20,000 nucleotides of DNA, from positions 45,015 through 65,014 of IMG/VR virus record IMGVR_UViG_3300030117_002316. One strand, given 5' to 3'. The notes below the pieces were generated by a model, which worked only from the letters and a program-made list of their open reading frames with translations, was not told where the DNA came from and ran no database searches. This DNA comes from an uncultured virus (IMG/VR IMGVR_UViG_3300030117_002316). Taxonomy: Duplodnaviria; Heunggongvirae; Uroviricota; Caudoviricetes. Shown one piece after another: positions 19,209-20,000 of this stretch (positions are counted from its first letter, which is position 1; every line of letters starts with the position of its first letter). A program made the position numbers and the translations under genes.

Positions 19209-19237
19209 TCCCAGTACGGTGCTGGGATACACTTTTT
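19209..19237 (+). terminator. Intrinsic-terminator-like hairpin immediately upstream of the second RNAP gene
   Basis: TCCCAGTA-CGG-TGCTGGGA followed by TACAC and TTTTT (19233-19237). Confidence 0.45.
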
Positions 19238-19260
19238 AAATTCCGTTTGGAGACCATCGC

Positions 19261-20000
19261 ATGGCGATTACGCTTACGGAAAAACGTGTGGTCATTAAGG
19301 AAGCAGCTGAAATTGCTATCCGAGACTACTTCACGGAGCACAAGAGGCTGAAGGTGTTCATGGACAAGGGACAGGATCCTATCAAGATCCTTGACCAAGC
19401 TACCATGCCCGTCATCATCGCAGTTGAGAAAGCTGTGCCTGCCTCTCACTTCGACCTTCTTAAATCCCACGACACCAACGTTGTGCAGAAAGCTATCGCA
19501 CACTTTGTTGCGAAATGGGACGGAGCTATTGAGCCCCGTGCTAGCTTGCATCACGATAGTGCACCTAAGTTGGAAGGCATGAGTAGGGTGAAGATCTCAC
19601 GACGTGACGATCTGAAGCCTACTGCCCATGCAGTGGAGGCATGTCAATACCTCTCATCTGTTGGGCTTACTGTCGACCAAGACTTGGCAGCCATCCTTCT
19701 CGAGTATCGGGAAACACTGGATGGCTATGATCCCGACAGGGACACAGACGAGCAGGAGAACTGGTTCCCTCGTCGTGCTGTTGAGGAGATGAATCGTGTG
19801 GGCAGCTCTGTATTCTATACGGAGTGGAGCCTGCTCGATAGTCGTACACGTATGTACCCGGACTGCCTTGCGGCATTCCACTCGACGTTCTGCAAACGTT
19901 CGAGAGGTATCATCTGTGGGGATACTAGTTGGCCGATCTCCTCTGCTCAGCTTGAGCAGTGGGGCAGTGATCTTGGTGAAGATCTCGGTCTTGATGACCG
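19261..20000 (+). CDS. T7-family DNA-directed RNA polymerase, N-terminal part (short N-terminus; runs off the window)
   Basis: Not in the ORF track because it has no stop in the window. GGAG RBS at 19249-19252 and an in-frame TAA at 19237. It translates MAITLTEKRVVIKEAAEIAIRDY...AVEACQYLSSVGLTVDQDLAAIL...SVFYTEWSLLDSRTRMYPDCLAAFHSTFCKRSRGII. This aligns by eye with T7 VYKAINIAQNTAWKINKKVLAV and AIWFPYNMDWRGRVYAVSMFNPQGNDMTKGLL. Confidence 0.78.
   Translation, partial: MAITLTEKRVVIKEAAEIAIRDYFTEHKRLKVFMDKGQDPIKILDQATMPVIIAVEKAVPASHFDLLKSHDTNVVQKAIAHFVAKWDGAIEPRASLHHDSAPKLEGMSRVKISRRDDLKPTAHAVEACQYLSSVGLTVDQDLAAILLEYRETLDGYDPDRDTDEQENWFPRRAVEEMNRVGSSVFYTEWSLLDSRTRMYPDCLAAFHSTFCKRSRGIICGDTSWPISSAQLEQWGSDLGEDLGLDD

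Noticed and set aside
17922..19881. Overlapping ORFs 18167..19081(-), 17944..18261(-), 19168..19554(-), 19145..19351(+), 19391..19582(+) and similar
   Set aside because: They overlap + strand genes that have clear RBSs or translational coupling, or the RNAP ORF. They are expected shadows in GC-richer DNA.
1..20000. Stop-codon reassignment, CRISPR arrays, tRNAs, introns/inteins, IS elements
   Set aside because: The standard code gives near-complete coding density. I saw no repeat-spacer arrays, cloverleafs, intein termini or transposase motifs.

Overview
This window looks like a fragment of a tailed dsDNA phage (podovirus-like), with all credible genes on the + strand. Bases 1-17866 are A-rich, roughly 35-42% GC by eye on sampled lines, and hold two very large probable virion-core/ejection proteins. 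The first (<3..3817, about 1270 aa or more) is split in the ORF track only by a 10-N scaffold gap. The second is a 4675-aa giant (3839..17866). It contains T7-family single-subunit RNA polymerase motifs (motif A DQVGSGLQ, a DIY helix and an exact motif B R-x3-K-x7-YG), a downstream HExxH...EEFIA zincin-type metallopeptidase motif and hydrophobic terminal segments, so it is a candidate virion-packaged RNA polymerase/polyvalent ejection protein. A segment resembling the T7 pre-thumb helix and DxxGR region lies downstream of motif B instead of upstream of motif A, suggesting a permuted or tandem RNAP. From about 17.9 kb the DNA is GC-richer (about 55%) with different codon usage. It carries three small early-type genes, hairpin-rich spacers and an ORF missing from the track (19261..>20000). 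That ORF encodes a second T7-family RNAP with a short N-terminus and a variant DSRTRMY motif. All family calls are by-eye motif matches; no searches were run.
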